Of a stretch of 64,000 bases of DNA, positions 54,564-63,958 are shown piece by piece. The stretch's first letter is position 1. Every line of letters begins with the position of its first letter. The stretch is from a virus (taxonomy: Duplodnaviria > Caudoviricetes), in IMG/VR virus record IMGVR_UViG_3300025715_000361, positions 1-64,000 of that record; one strand, given 5' to 3'. Both the position numbers and the translations under genes were made by a program. The notes beneath the pieces are model-generated. The model was given only the letters and a program-made list of their open reading frames with translations. It did no database searches and was not told where the DNA came from.

Positions 54564-54772
54564 GACTTTTCCCTTTCCAGTTTGACTCTTTTCTGTATAA
54601 GCCACATTGCAAGGTAGTTTATGGCATCAAGAATTTCTTCATCTACTTCTGCGAGTAATTTTCTTTTTTCACTTAATGGATCAAATTCTCCATGTTCCTC
54701 TACGCCCTTTTGGAATTTAATCAGTGCTTCTTTGAATATATCTTCAAGTTTCATATGATTCTCCTTAACCAT
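54560..54772 (-). CDS. small all-alpha protein, possible NTP-pyrophosphatase-like
   Basis: EVDEEILDAINYL acidic motif. Confidence 0.45.
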   Translation of the reverse strand: MVKENHMKLEDIFKEALIKFQKGVEEHGEFDPLSEKRKLLAEVDEEILDAINYLAMWLIQKRVKLEREKS

Positions 54773-55503
54773 CCATCCGGTGCGGCTGTGATTAAAGCTC
54801 TTGTTTCCACAGATTTATCCGGTTTGAAGTTCTTATTCTGTTTTAGAAATGCTTGTACGGCTGTCCATGGATTGTTCCCCGGTCCCCACGGACGATCGGA
54901 AGGCTTCTCCTTCATGAATAGCTCTATGGCAGTATCAAATACAACAATGTAACTTCCAATTGAAACAAGCGGAGCATACAAATTCAGTTCTTTAAGAACG
55001 TGGTCGTATGTATGATTTGAATCAAGGGCTACCATGACAGTTGGGTTGTTGACATGCTTTTGCCTTTTGAAGTTATTGATACTTTCTGCTACTTCAGATG
55101 CAACTGTTGCGGATGCACTGTCTCCTTGCACTAAAACAAGGTTTTCGCTTGCGGAATGTGACCTCATCCGTTCCCAGTTTTTCACCTTCATTTCGATGTC
55201 TATCGAGATGACCTTCCATGGGTGTCGCAAATGTTGCATTACGGATGAATAGAATATTGCTGTACCACCGAATGCCATTCCTGTTTCAATTAGTATATGC
55301 GGTTTAACATCGAAGATAACTTCTTGCATTACCATCATGTCGGTAGGGTACTGTATGATTGGGATTCCCATCCATGTGAAGTTTTTCACATAGTTTATAT
55401 TGATCAACTCTTTTGTGAAAATATTTGTAGCAGACGCTAAATATTTACTATTGATGTTTTTTAATACCTGATTGTCCCTGTCCTTTTTGTATTTTGAAAT
55501 CAT
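54751..55503 (-). CDS. CmcI/cephalosporin-hydroxylase-family methyltransferase-like protein
   Basis: FTWMGIPIIQYPTDM..MQEVI..VKP..LIETGMAFGG, LDSNHTYDHVL, GSYIVVFDT, NNPWTAV, ITAAPDGWL. Confidence 0.85.
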   Translation of the reverse strand: MISKYKKDRDNQVLKNINSKYLASATNIFTKELININYVKNFTWMGIPIIQYPTDMMVMQEVIFDVKPHILIETGMAFGGTAIFYSSVMQHLRHPWKVISIDIEMKVKNWERMRSHSASENLVLVQGDSASATVASEVAESINNFKRQKHVNNPTVMVALDSNHTYDHVLKELNLYAPLVSIGSYIVVFDTAIELFMKEKPSDRPWGPGNNPWTAVQAFLKQNKNFKPDKSVETRALITAAPDGWLRRII

Positions 55504-55616
55504 TTATCCCTCCGAATATGGTGAATACAATGGCGAACACAACATAAAAAATAATTATTCCGATAAATGCCAGTAAGTAAACTGGTATAAAAAGTATCTG
55601 CAACAACACAGATGGG

Positions 55617-57044
55617 TTAAGGATTAGAGAGTCGTTTCTTACATTCCTGAATGTAGTGTTTTGCCCATACATGGCCATGATATCTCCTTAATACTTCCTC
55701 AAAACATTTTTGAGCCACTTTGTAATCTCCTATACGCATTCTCCTGTTATGATGGAAATTGATTTCAATGTTTTCCAGATACACCTCCTCTTCTATTTTT
55801 TTAGGATCGCCATTTGCGGTGATGATATACGCCTTGTCAACGATGTCAGATATTTCCTGTTTCTTTATCCAACCGTTATAAAGGCAATCATCATACAGCT
55901 TGCTTCCACGTACCGGAGTTGCCATGTTCAATCCGGCCCAATCCAGATCGATATCCTTGATGAATTTGTACGTTTCCTGACGGTGTTCAGAAGTTTCCCC
56001 CGGCATCCCCATGACAAAAAACCCATGAATGAAAAAGTCATAGTTCCGCAAGATTTCAATTGCCGGTTTTACCATTTCAAGCTTGAGTGGCTTTTGGATA
56101 AGCTTGTTAAGTACGTATTCGCTTCCGCTTTCGATTGCAAGATAGGTGGTGTCAAGCCCTGCCCTTTTCATAAGACAAGCCAGTTCATCATCGATAAAAG
56201 CAACGGAAAGACCGTTTGGACATTCAATCCGCAAGTTAAACTGTGCAAGTTCCTTGAATAAGGATTTTGCTCTTCCCCTGTTAATCAAAAGCTGATCGTC
56301 ATAGATGGTAAGGACATCCATCCCGTATTTTTCAACAAGATGTCCGATGTGATTGATAATAGAATTTACAGATGCAAACCGCATTTTCTGCCCATGAATT
56401 TTGGAGTTACTGCAAAACGTGCATTTGAATGGGCATCCTCTTCCGGTTGAAACAAAAAACTGTTTGTGTTTTGTCGGCGTTCCAAACGGAGAAAATGCTT
56501 CCTTCATGTCATAAGCATTCACGTTTACAAAATTGTAATCGATATTGATTACATCATCAAGGTTTTGAACAAATGAAGATACAGGAATTCCGCTTTTGTT
56601 TCTGGTAATCCATGAAGGGTCTGTTATAAAGGTTGTTTCTTGTGTGAGGATTCTTCTTAACGGAATTTCCCCTTCAGCAAAGCAGATGGCATCAAGATAA
56701 GGTTGTTCCATAAGAATTTCCGAATATGAATAACAGGCGGCGGCACCACCAAGAATCGTGGTTGCTCCGTGGCAGTGGGATACGTAGAGCAAGTCCTTAA
56801 GGTATTTGTAGGAATTATCGAACATCATGCTGAATCCGACAATATCCGGCCTGAATTCTCGCAGGGTATGTAGAAAGTCATGTTCGGATTGCCTGTTCAT
56901 ATCGAATATTCGAATATCAGCACAATCTTTGTTGTAGGTTGCAATGCTTAACAGCCCGTAAGGGAACGCATGGAAAGAACGTATTTTAGGGCCGTCCGCA
57001 GTTGGCTTAACAACATATGGAAGATCGACAAGCAGAACCTTCAT
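55617..57044 (-). CDS. B12-binding radical SAM enzyme
   Basis: PYGLLSIA, GGAAA, GRGCPFKCTFC, AIESGS. Confidence 0.85.
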   Translation of the reverse strand: MKVLLVDLPYVVKPTADGPKIRSFHAFPYGLLSIATYNKDCADIRIFDMNRQSEHDFLHTLREFRPDIVGFSMMFDNSYKYLKDLLYVSHCHGATTILGGAAACYSYSEILMEQPYLDAICFAEGEIPLRRILTQETTFITDPSWITRNKSGIPVSSFVQNLDDVINIDYNFVNVNAYDMKEAFSPFGTPTKHKQFFVSTGRGCPFKCTFCSNSKIHGQKMRFASVNSIINHIGHLVEKYGMDVLTIYDDQLLINRGRAKSLFKELAQFNLRIECPNGLSVAFIDDELACLMKRAGLDTTYLAIESGSEYVLNKLIQKPLKLEMVKPAIEILRNYDFFIHGFFVMGMPGETSEHRQETYKFIKDIDLDWAGLNMATPVRGSKLYDDCLYNGWIKKQEISDIVDKAYIITANGDPKKIEEEVYLENIEINFHHNRRMRIGDYKVAQKCFEEVLRRYHGHVWAKHYIQECKKRLSNP

Positions 57045-58042
57045 TTATGTGCCCTCTTCTTTTGTTTCATTAATTTGGAAAAAACATCTTCCCATTGATT
57101 AATCATATTAAGATGATCGTATCTTATAAACGATTCTACTCTGGCTTTATAACCCATATTTCTTCGGATATCTGGATAGTCACGCAAGATTTTTATGAAT
57201 CGAACATAATCCTCAATCGTATTTGCGACAAATCCATTTACACCGTTTCTGACAATATATGATTCGCATTCGTTATTCATGACAACGGGAACGCAATGAG
57301 AACGCATTGCTTCCCCAAGGACTTGCTCACAAGTTCCGTAATGATCTTTCGAAAGTGGATACCCGAATACCGAGAAACTTTTATAGTGCTTTGCAAGCTC
57401 GTTATCGTCTGTTATATTTTCTATAAGTCGAACATTCATAAAGCTATTCATTATTCGTGTTTCTTCAATACCGATGAAAACGAATTCTACGTCTGGAAGC
57501 ATGGCAACTGATGCAAGATAATTTTGGCTGATCTTTTTTTGTGATCCGACATACCCAACACGGAAGATATTATCTGATGACCCATACCAGTATGCCGAAT
57601 CAAATAATTCCATGTTCCGCACACTCCAAATATAGTCTTTTAGATGTTGGCATGGAGCCGTACCGATGAATAAATCAGGATAATTCAAAGCCCAATTCGG
57701 GATTTCATAATTTTTATGACACCAAAAGATTAGTCTGCATGGAGGCGTATCTACAAGCTTCAAGAGATTATTAACCAATTGGTTATCCCACCAATGAATT
57801 AGAACAATGTCGTAATCATCCCAATCATAAACAATCGGATCAGTATATGGAATTTGTTTTATAGAAAGTGAATTCAACGATATTTCTTCCTTGACACGAT
57901 TATTTAAGTAATCAAGGCAAAAAACCGTGTGATTGTTAAACGTGTCTGCTTTTATCCAATCAATGATAACATTCCCAACGCCGCCTCCAAAATGTGGCGT
58001 TATATGAAGTATTTTTTTCTTTTGAGCAGAAGTTGCCCTCAT
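57041..58042 (-). CDS. GT4-like glycosyltransferase
   Basis: ILHITPHFGGGVG; YGTCEQVLGEAM...VPVV. Confidence 0.75.
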   Translation of the reverse strand: MRATSAQKKKILHITPHFGGGVGNVIIDWIKADTFNNHTVFCLDYLNNRVKEEISLNSLSIKQIPYTDPIVYDWDDYDIVLIHWWDNQLVNNLLKLVDTPPCRLIFWCHKNYEIPNWALNYPDLFIGTAPCQHLKDYIWSVRNMELFDSAYWYGSSDNIFRVGYVGSQKKISQNYLASVAMLPDVEFVFIGIEETRIMNSFMNVRLIENITDDNELAKHYKSFSVFGYPLSKDHYGTCEQVLGEAMRSHCVPVVMNNECESYIVRNGVNGFVANTIEDYVRFIKILRDYPDIRRNMGYKARVESFIRYDHLNMINQWEDVFSKLMKQKKRAHK

Positions 58043-58296
58043 TTGTTCTCCCCCTTTTTCTTCTCAAGAGTGCTTATCTGTTGTGTCACATATTCCATGA
58101 TTACATGCCCAGATATTCCATCCCAGTTGCTTCTTTTCGTCATTGTCTCTTTATATTTTTTTAGCAGTTCAAGCCTTGTGTGGGTGGAGTGGTGTTTCAT
58201 GTTCAGGCCCATCGTTTTTAGATAGTTTATTTCATCCTTGGTTGACCATAAGTAATGATTGTGAGATTTTTTTGTCATCACTTGTCTCCTGTGCAT
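58039..58296 (-). CDS. hypothetical protein
   Basis: 85-aa ORF in the chain. Confidence 0.55.
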   Translation of the reverse strand: MHRRQVMTKKSHNHYLWSTKDEINYLKTMGLNMKHHSTHTRLELLKKYKETMTKRSNWDGISGHVIMEYVTQQISTLEKKKGENK

Positions 58297-58299
58297 TGT

Positions 58300-59070
58300 T
58301 TATAAGAAAGGTGTTGCTTGTGCCATGTATTTGTCGATGTTCCCGAAAATATGGCATTCATTTGGGATGGCATAAAAATAAGCCGCTTGTGCCATGTATG
58401 CGTAGCATCTGAAATAAAACTGATAATTATCAAGTTCTGCCATTAAATAATTTTGTATTCCTGCAAGACCGTCATTGCTGTGATAACACGCAACGCTGAT
58501 TTTTGGGCGAAGTTCTTTTATCCTTTGCATATTTACGTGTAGACTTGGAAGCTCCATTCCTTCTGAATGGAAGTCCCATATTCTTCCGTTGTAAAAATAC
58601 TGAATTTTTTTTCTTCTAAAAACGTCCTCCAATGTGGAAGGTTTCTTTTTATGGTGGAACAATGTATCATTCGATATTACTTCCTCGTAATCCATCAGAT
58701 TCGTTCTCTCGTTTCTGAAATCAAGAAAGGAAAGGTATTGTCGCCGAGATTCACCAAGCAATTTCCCTTTTACGCCAGATACGTGTAAATTGTATCCATC
58801 CCATTCCCATCCATTTCTCAAGTCTAAATATCTGTATCGATATGTTACCCACATCCAACACGGGTATATTCTGGAATATCCCCTTTCTGACAGAAACTTT
58901 GCAGACCGTGAATAAGGTTGTGTTGCTATGCAAACCAAGCCGATGTCCTTTGGGTTTGCACTACGCATATTCTCTGAATTGCAAATGATTGATTCATACC
59001 CCACCATTTGGTTGATTTCATGAATCAATTTTCCAAGATCACCATCTCCGTAACATACAATCATTGCCAT
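58300..59070 (-). CDS. FkbM-related protein apparently lacking the SAM-binding core
   Basis: C-terminal EGMELPSL...RPKISVACYH...YQFYFRCY...FYAIP; no DxGA motif seen. Confidence 0.55.
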   Translation of the reverse strand: MAMIVCYGDGDLGKLIHEINQMVGYESIICNSENMRSANPKDIGLVCIATQPYSRSAKFLSERGYSRIYPCWMWVTYRYRYLDLRNGWEWDGYNLHVSGVKGKLLGESRRQYLSFLDFRNERTNLMDYEEVISNDTLFHHKKKPSTLEDVFRRKKIQYFYNGRIWDFHSEGMELPSLHVNMQRIKELRPKISVACYHSNDGLAGIQNYLMAELDNYQFYFRCYAYMAQAAYFYAIPNECHIFGNIDKYMAQATPFL

Positions 59071-59384
59071 TGCTCCATGACGGCTTCCCTTATGTTTTGC
59101 GGGTGCATTTCAAGCCATTCACATATCTGGTCGAAGTGGTCATGCTCTGTCATGATGAACCTTCTCGCCTGATCACGTTCCCTTGACAGGATAACCCGTT
59201 CCCACCTTTTGTTGTCCTCGTTTTTGTACCGCTTAAGCGTTGCGTCAATATCCATCTTTGAAATTTCTATTGCTACGAACAACACTTCTCTCCATAAATC
59301 TCTTTCTCCGGAAATTTCACATATTCTTTCTTTCGGGTCATAACTTGCGAATGTATGTTTTTTGTCTTGTTCGCAAATTTTCAT
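59061..59384 (-). CDS. hypothetical protein
   Basis: 107-aa ORF, GGAGG RBS. Confidence 0.6.
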   Translation of the reverse strand: MKICEQDKKHTFASYDPKERICEISGERDLWREVLFVAIEISKMDIDATLKRYKNEDNKRWERVILSRERDQARRFIMTEHDHFDQICEWLEMHPQNIREAVMEQWQ

Positions 59385-60340
59385 TTAGCCTCCATGCTTT
59401 CTATTTTCGAAAGTAACTCGTCTGAAAAGGAATCAATGTCATCTGGGCTACCATGTGTAAGTTGACCACAATTTCCACAGAATGGATGAAATCTCCTGCG
59501 GTGCATAAGCATCATTTTTTGAAAGTGCATATGGTTTTTGCCATTCCATATGTCTGCGATATTCTGTGATTGAATGTTCCCGAGTATCAGCCTTCTTTGC
59601 CAATCCAGAAAGCAAAGGCTTACCGATCCATCAGAGTTGATTGCTATGGAATAAAAAACATATGGGCAGACAGTTACACTTGTAAGGGAGTTGCCATATA
59701 TCCCATACTCAACTGATTCACGGAGAACGCTAAAATTAGGCCAACATGGTGCAAGATGTTCGACTGACATGGATGTGGCAATCTTGTCAAAATCTTCGTA
59801 GAATTTATCAATCCTTCCACATGGAAGCCCTTCATCTATTATTTTCACATGGATTTCCATTTTTTCGGAAAACACAAACAACTCCCCAACCAGATCGACA
59901 TATTTCTGGTCATATGATTGAGGCACGGAAATGAATATTTTGGTCAATCCGCATTGGGCAATGTTCCGTACGTGTTCACCAGTGAACACCTTCCCGTTTG
60001 TAGTTGTGTCGATATGGTTGAAGCATCCTGCATCTGCGGCATACTTTACCATTTCATAGAAGTGTGGGTTTAAAAGAGGTTCACCGTCTTTATACATCCT
60101 CAATGTTTTGATCTTCCCCATCTGTTTCAGTTGATCGACAGATTTTTTGAAAGTGGTCATGCTCATGAATTGAGGATAGCGGTATTTTCTTACCATTGAT
60201 CGGTTTCCTGTCGGGCAATGTTTGCATTCCGAATTACAAATATCCGAAGGATCAAGAAACACAAGGTAAGGCACGTTTAAAGGAATTACGGTTTCAAGTC
60301 TGGTTCTGTCGGAACCTATTCGTGGTGAGATTATTGCCAT
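59381..60340 (-). CDS. radical SAM/SPASM-domain enzyme
   Basis: CNSECKHC, GEPLLNP, TTNG, CPYVF...DGSVSLC, C-terminal CGNC. Confidence 0.85.
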   Translation of the reverse strand: MAIISPRIGSDRTRLETVIPLNVPYLVFLDPSDICNSECKHCPTGNRSMVRKYRYPQFMSMTTFKKSVDQLKQMGKIKTLRMYKDGEPLLNPHFYEMVKYAADAGCFNHIDTTTNGKVFTGEHVRNIAQCGLTKIFISVPQSYDQKYVDLVGELFVFSEKMEIHVKIIDEGLPCGRIDKFYEDFDKIATSMSVEHLAPCWPNFSVLRESVEYGIYGNSLTSVTVCPYVFYSIAINSDGSVSLCFLDWQRRLILGNIQSQNIADIWNGKNHMHFQKMMLMHRRRFHPFCGNCGQLTHGSPDDIDSFSDELLSKIESMEAK

Positions 60341-60411
60341 TGATACTCCTTTTTAATCGGGGGATTTCTCCCCCGATCAGGGTAAATTGCTTCACAAAGG
60401 TATGCTACAAA

Positions 60412-60762
60412 CTAACAGGGTTTAGGTTTCTTTACTTTGCCCATCGCTTCACCCCCTTTCAATATATCTGGAGTCACAAATACACCGCCTTCAGGCATCG
60501 CATTCATTTGATTGAATGAGATCAACTCATCGAGTTTCTTCTGAAGCGGCTCAATGATATGTTCATCACGTATCTTTTCTCTTTCTTTAAATTTCCTTAT
60601 TTCCAAATCCTTTTTTACAATGATTTCCATGAGCCTCAACACCCATTCTTTCCGCATAATGGTATTTGGGGCGAGTACCATCTCTTTTACCATCACAATG
60701 AATTCTTGGTCATTCATGTGTTCACCCTCTACATTCATGTGTTCACCCTCTATACATGCCAC
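60412..60762 (-). CDS. hypothetical protein; start ambiguous because of a duplicated RBS/ATG
   Basis: 21-bp tandem duplication 60711-60752 gives EGEHMN twice. Confidence 0.55.
   Translation of the reverse strand: MACIEGEHMNVEGEHMNDQEFIVMVKEMVLAPNTIMRKEWVLRLMEIIVKKDLEIRKFKEREKIRDEHIIEPLQKKLDELISFNQMNAMPEGGVFVTPDILKGGEAMGKVKKPKPC
60711..60752. repeat. 21-bp tandem duplication
   Basis: CATTCATGTGTTCACCCTCTA x2. Confidence 0.9.
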
Positions 60763-60768
60763 ACCGGT

Positions 60769-60818
60769 TCAATCTAAAGTCAATCTAACGCCAATCTAAA
60801 TTTGCGATCTTAGATTGA
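60769..60818. repeat. CAATCTAA x3 at 11-bp period plus one inverted copy
   Basis: 60770, 60781, 60792 direct; TTAGATTG at 60810. Confidence 0.85.
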
Positions 60819-61978
60819 GCACACATTTGGAAATCCAGGTCGGGGGTCAACTGGCCCAATCGAAGCAATTCTCCTGCCGTGTAAAGTCTGTCGCGAATAG
60901 CCGATCTTCCGGCATCGTCCAACGGCCCGATCTTGGTTTCACCATTCACGCTTGCCACGCCCAGAATGCAATTGTCACCGATTTCTTTGTCATCCAACAG
61001 ATCAGGGCTATGGCTGGTAACGATCACCTGCGTATTCACTGAGGCAATACGCAGGGCATCCCGGAGCACCCCCGCTGCGCCCGGATGCACTGCCACTTCC
61101 GGCTCCTCGATTCCGACAAGTGGAACTTTTTGGGAAATGCCGTTTGCCGATTGGAAAAGGGCCGTCAACACGCCCAACGCCCTGAGTGTCCCGTCCGACA
61201 TGTTTTCCGCCATGAACCGCCAGGGGTCTTTATTCCTGCCGACCAATTGCCGGAACTCCAAGGTCTCTTTTTTACCGACATGTTTCGCGGTCACATTTTG
61301 AACGCCGGGAACAACCTTCGAAAGAAATTCCTCGATTCGCTTTCGTGAAGGTTCATTTTCCTTGGCCATGAAACTGAGCACGCTTGCTAGATTTCCGCCG
61401 TCGCGTCGCAGGACTTCTCCGGTATCCGGCGGTTGCAACTCGCGAATCTCGTCAGGATTCAGATTGTAGAATCCCATGTGCGAAAGCGCATCGTACAGCG
61501 GCCGAAAATCCGGCAATCCGGCAGCGGCAACGAGATAAAGACGATCCCTGGAAGCAGGAGGCATGGTCGACATGTGGGCACGAACAACATTTCCGGAAAC
61601 AACCTTGAAAAACGATTCCCCGGATATTTTGCACTCTTCGTGTTGTACCTCAAATCCACCTTTCTCCTGGGCGCCGACGCGAAAAGCATAAACCCCCGTC
61701 GATCCATCAAAAAGGTAGAATTCAAGGCGAATTCCGAAGTGAGTGGGATGCCCGGCTGAACGGCGACGGACCTCGTTAATGCCCCCGCGCTCGCGCAAGG
61801 CATGATCGAGTGATGTGTTCAGGGACTCCGTTACCAGACGCAAGGCATCAAGAAAATTGCTTTTCCCTGCACCGTTCGGTCCGACAAGAAAATTCAGAGG
61901 TCCAAGTTCGACGGAACATTTGGCGATGCTCTTATAGTTTGTCAATATAACTCGCTTCAGAAATATTGGATGAGTCAT
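60785..61978 (-). CDS. ABC/AAA_21-type (COG4637-like) ATPase
   Basis: GPNGAGKS Walker A, MSDGTLR signature, IEEPE Walker B, TSHS H-loop; GAGGAG RBS before ATG 61978; GC-richer than neighbours. Confidence 0.85.
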   Translation of the reverse strand: MTHPIFLKRVILTNYKSIAKCSVELGPLNFLVGPNGAGKSNFLDALRLVTESLNTSLDHALRERGGINEVRRRSAGHPTHFGIRLEFYLFDGSTGVYAFRVGAQEKGGFEVQHEECKISGESFFKVVSGNVVRAHMSTMPPASRDRLYLVAAAGLPDFRPLYDALSHMGFYNLNPDEIRELQPPDTGEVLRRDGGNLASVLSFMAKENEPSRKRIEEFLSKVVPGVQNVTAKHVGKKETLEFRQLVGRNKDPWRFMAENMSDGTLRALGVLTALFQSANGISQKVPLVGIEEPEVAVHPGAAGVLRDALRIASVNTQVIVTSHSPDLLDDKEIGDNCILGVASVNGETKIGPLDDAGRSAIRDRLYTAGELLRLGQLTPDLDFQMCAQSKIANLDWR

Positions 61979-62087
61979 AATTTTCTCCTCTTCAGGATTA
62001 CACCCGCAACTCATAGCATTATGTAAAGTATTCATTTCATGCTTCCTCTAAGTTTTTTTATCTTTCCACCACGAGCGATAAACTCTT

Positions 62088-62735
62088 TCACACCTTTCTG
62101 CTGAATGATCGCACTCCCGGCACACGCATTTCCAGTTTCTCATGCTCTGCCTTTTCACGAAGCCATGTCATGTTTGGCAGAATGGATTGAACGGAAACCT
62201 TACCTTCCGCAACTGCTTTTACAAGCTCCATCAGATCGGTTACTTCCGCACTCCAAATTTCCCTGAACCGTACCTTTGACTTTTCCCGTGGAATGATTAC
62301 CGGAGCAACATTAATCGTTTGTGACAAGATAATTTCCGCTTCTTCCGGTGATGCTTCCATTGCATCTTGAAGGATTCTCTCTTCCTCTTTCTTTATCGCC
62401 TCTTCCCGCAATTTTCTTTCAAGTTCTATTCGCTTTCGCTCTTCTTCCATGTCATAAACAGCAATCATCTGCTTGATTGCCGTAGCTTGTTCTTTTGCGG
62501 GATCAAGGAAGGAAGCCCTCTTTGCACAAATGGCCTTCCAATGTTTGTAAGCTGAATTTGCCAGATCATCATACGCTTCTTTGATGTTTTTGCATTTTTC
62601 ATTGAGAGAAAGATATACTTCCTCTGCAATACGCCTGTCCTCTTTGTTGTGGATAATGAGTGTTTTGGAGCTTTCAACGATCTCCATTGTGTTGTCCGTA
62701 AGGACTTTCAAAGAATCCAAATGGTCTGGCCTCAT
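62088..62735 (-). CDS. coiled-coil phage protein of the recombination module
   Basis: 215 aa, C-terminal VPGV motif, adjacent to the exonuclease. Confidence 0.6.
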   Translation of the reverse strand: MRPDHLDSLKVLTDNTMEIVESSKTLIIHNKEDRRIAEEVYLSLNEKCKNIKEAYDDLANSAYKHWKAICAKRASFLDPAKEQATAIKQMIAVYDMEEERKRIELERKLREEAIKKEEERILQDAMEASPEEAEIILSQTINVAPVIIPREKSKVRFREIWSAEVTDLMELVKAVAEGKVSVQSILPNMTWLREKAEHEKLEMRVPGVRSFSRKV

Positions 62736-63277
62736 AAGTTATTCCTCTTCCAATGGTGGATAGCTACTGCGGATTTGAAAATGTACCGATCCATGCGGTC
62801 ATTAAACTCTTTTAAACGGTATGCTCCACCGCTATTAAGTTGCAGTGCGAACCGTTTTAACGGCTTGTCATAAAGGATTTCATAAGCGGCAAGCTGTAAG
62901 CCTACGGCACGGTTTAGTTTTCCGGTTTTGATGTCGAGGACTGCCGGCGTTCCGTTCATCTTCCCGATCTGATCTGGGGTTCCGGCAAATTGAGAGCATC
63001 CAAACGGCTGTTCGATAATATCCGCTTCCCAGTAAAATTGAGATTCGAAATTCTTCCATGCGTCCATGTATCCCGTAAGGGATTGGTGGATAGCCATGCA
63101 GTGGGCTTTCTGGCAATGATTCTTGATATGGAGATGCACGGCACTCCCCCGCTGTCTCCCATCGTCCGTGAACCATCCGATGTCTATGAACCCTTCACTC
63201 ACCAGAATCCTTGATACGCTCGGTACTTCCACGCCGTCATAAATGTAAGTGTGTGTTTCTTGATCAAACTCAAGCAT
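62732..63277 (-). CDS. PD-(D/E)XK (Cas4/RecB-like) exonuclease
   Basis: HTY...PSVSRIL, RGSAVH, FAGTPD, VLDIKTG, QLAAY. Confidence 0.8.
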   Translation of the reverse strand: MLEFDQETHTYIYDGVEVPSVSRILVSEGFIDIGWFTDDGRQRGSAVHLHIKNHCQKAHCMAIHQSLTGYMDAWKNFESQFYWEADIIEQPFGCSQFAGTPDQIGKMNGTPAVLDIKTGKLNRAVGLQLAAYEILYDKPLKRFALQLNSGGAYRLKEFNDRMDRYIFKSAVAIHHWKRNNL

Positions 63278-63791
63278 TCAACGCCCCCAATGTAATCTTC
63301 TTCCCGTCTTTCCGGTAAGATTCGCAGATTCCCCAAGTAACCGACAAGTCCTTGTACATAAGTTCTTTAAAATCCTTTTTCGTCATGCCGTGCTCAACAA
63401 GCCATTGTTTTGCGGATACGTTTCTTTCGTACAAATATTTGTGGAAAATCTTCATATGGTCGGAAATCATGGTTCTTCCCTGAAGCGTTTCAGCAAACTG
63501 GTGACAGGACATTGACAATTGCGTTCCCCTGTCATTTGCCCATTTGCAAACAGGTATTCCGTTTCTCCAATCCCACCTTAACAAATATATCTTCCGTTTT
63601 GCCGCCCAATGGTGGCACTCTATTTCATAGTGGTTTACGTCTGCCTCGCAGAAGAAACATTTGTTTCCATGCACCGCAAGCACTGTTTTTCTCCAAAGCA
63701 CATTCAGATTGCTGTCGCTTGTTCCTCGCATCAGTCTATTATTGCCTCCCGCAAACTGCCTGTTTGACCAGACCTTCTCCAGAAAATGCAC
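63270..63791 (-). CDS. NinG/Rap-like HNH-fold recombination nuclease
   Basis: CFFC...ECHHW...LRWDWRNGIPVC...CH. Confidence 0.6.
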   Translation of the reverse strand: MHFLEKVWSNRQFAGGNNRLMRGTSDSNLNVLWRKTVLAVHGNKCFFCEADVNHYEIECHHWAAKRKIYLLRWDWRNGIPVCKWANDRGTQLSMSCHQFAETLQGRTMISDHMKIFHKYLYERNVSAKQWLVEHGMTKKDFKELMYKDLSVTWGICESYRKDGKKITLGALNA

Positions 63792-63958
63792 CCTTTTTCA
63801 AAGTCTTGGACTGTCCATTTGGTGCTACCGCTTGCGATCTCATGGTAGATCATATCTAACCATTTTTCCGCTTTTCTGGTTTCTTCCGTTGGGTTCCAGA
63901 CTCCACCCTCTATGATCTTGTTCCGTTCCCGTAAAAGGATTTCGTCCAGTTCGATCAC
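63731..63958 (-). CDS. hypothetical protein
   Basis: 75-aa ORF at the window edge. Confidence 0.45.
   Translation of the reverse strand: MIELDEILLRERNKIIEGGVWNPTEETRKAEKWLDMIYHEIASGSTKWTVQDFEKGCIFWRRSGQTGSLREAIID

Noticed and set aside
60356-60377. Hairpin ATCGGGGGA/TCCCCCGAT as a terminator
   Set aside because: On the transcribed minus strand it is followed by A's and the next RBS, not a U tract.
62732-63277. Cas4 of a CRISPR system
   Set aside because: No Fe-S Cys set, array or other cas genes; fits a phage recombination exonuclease.
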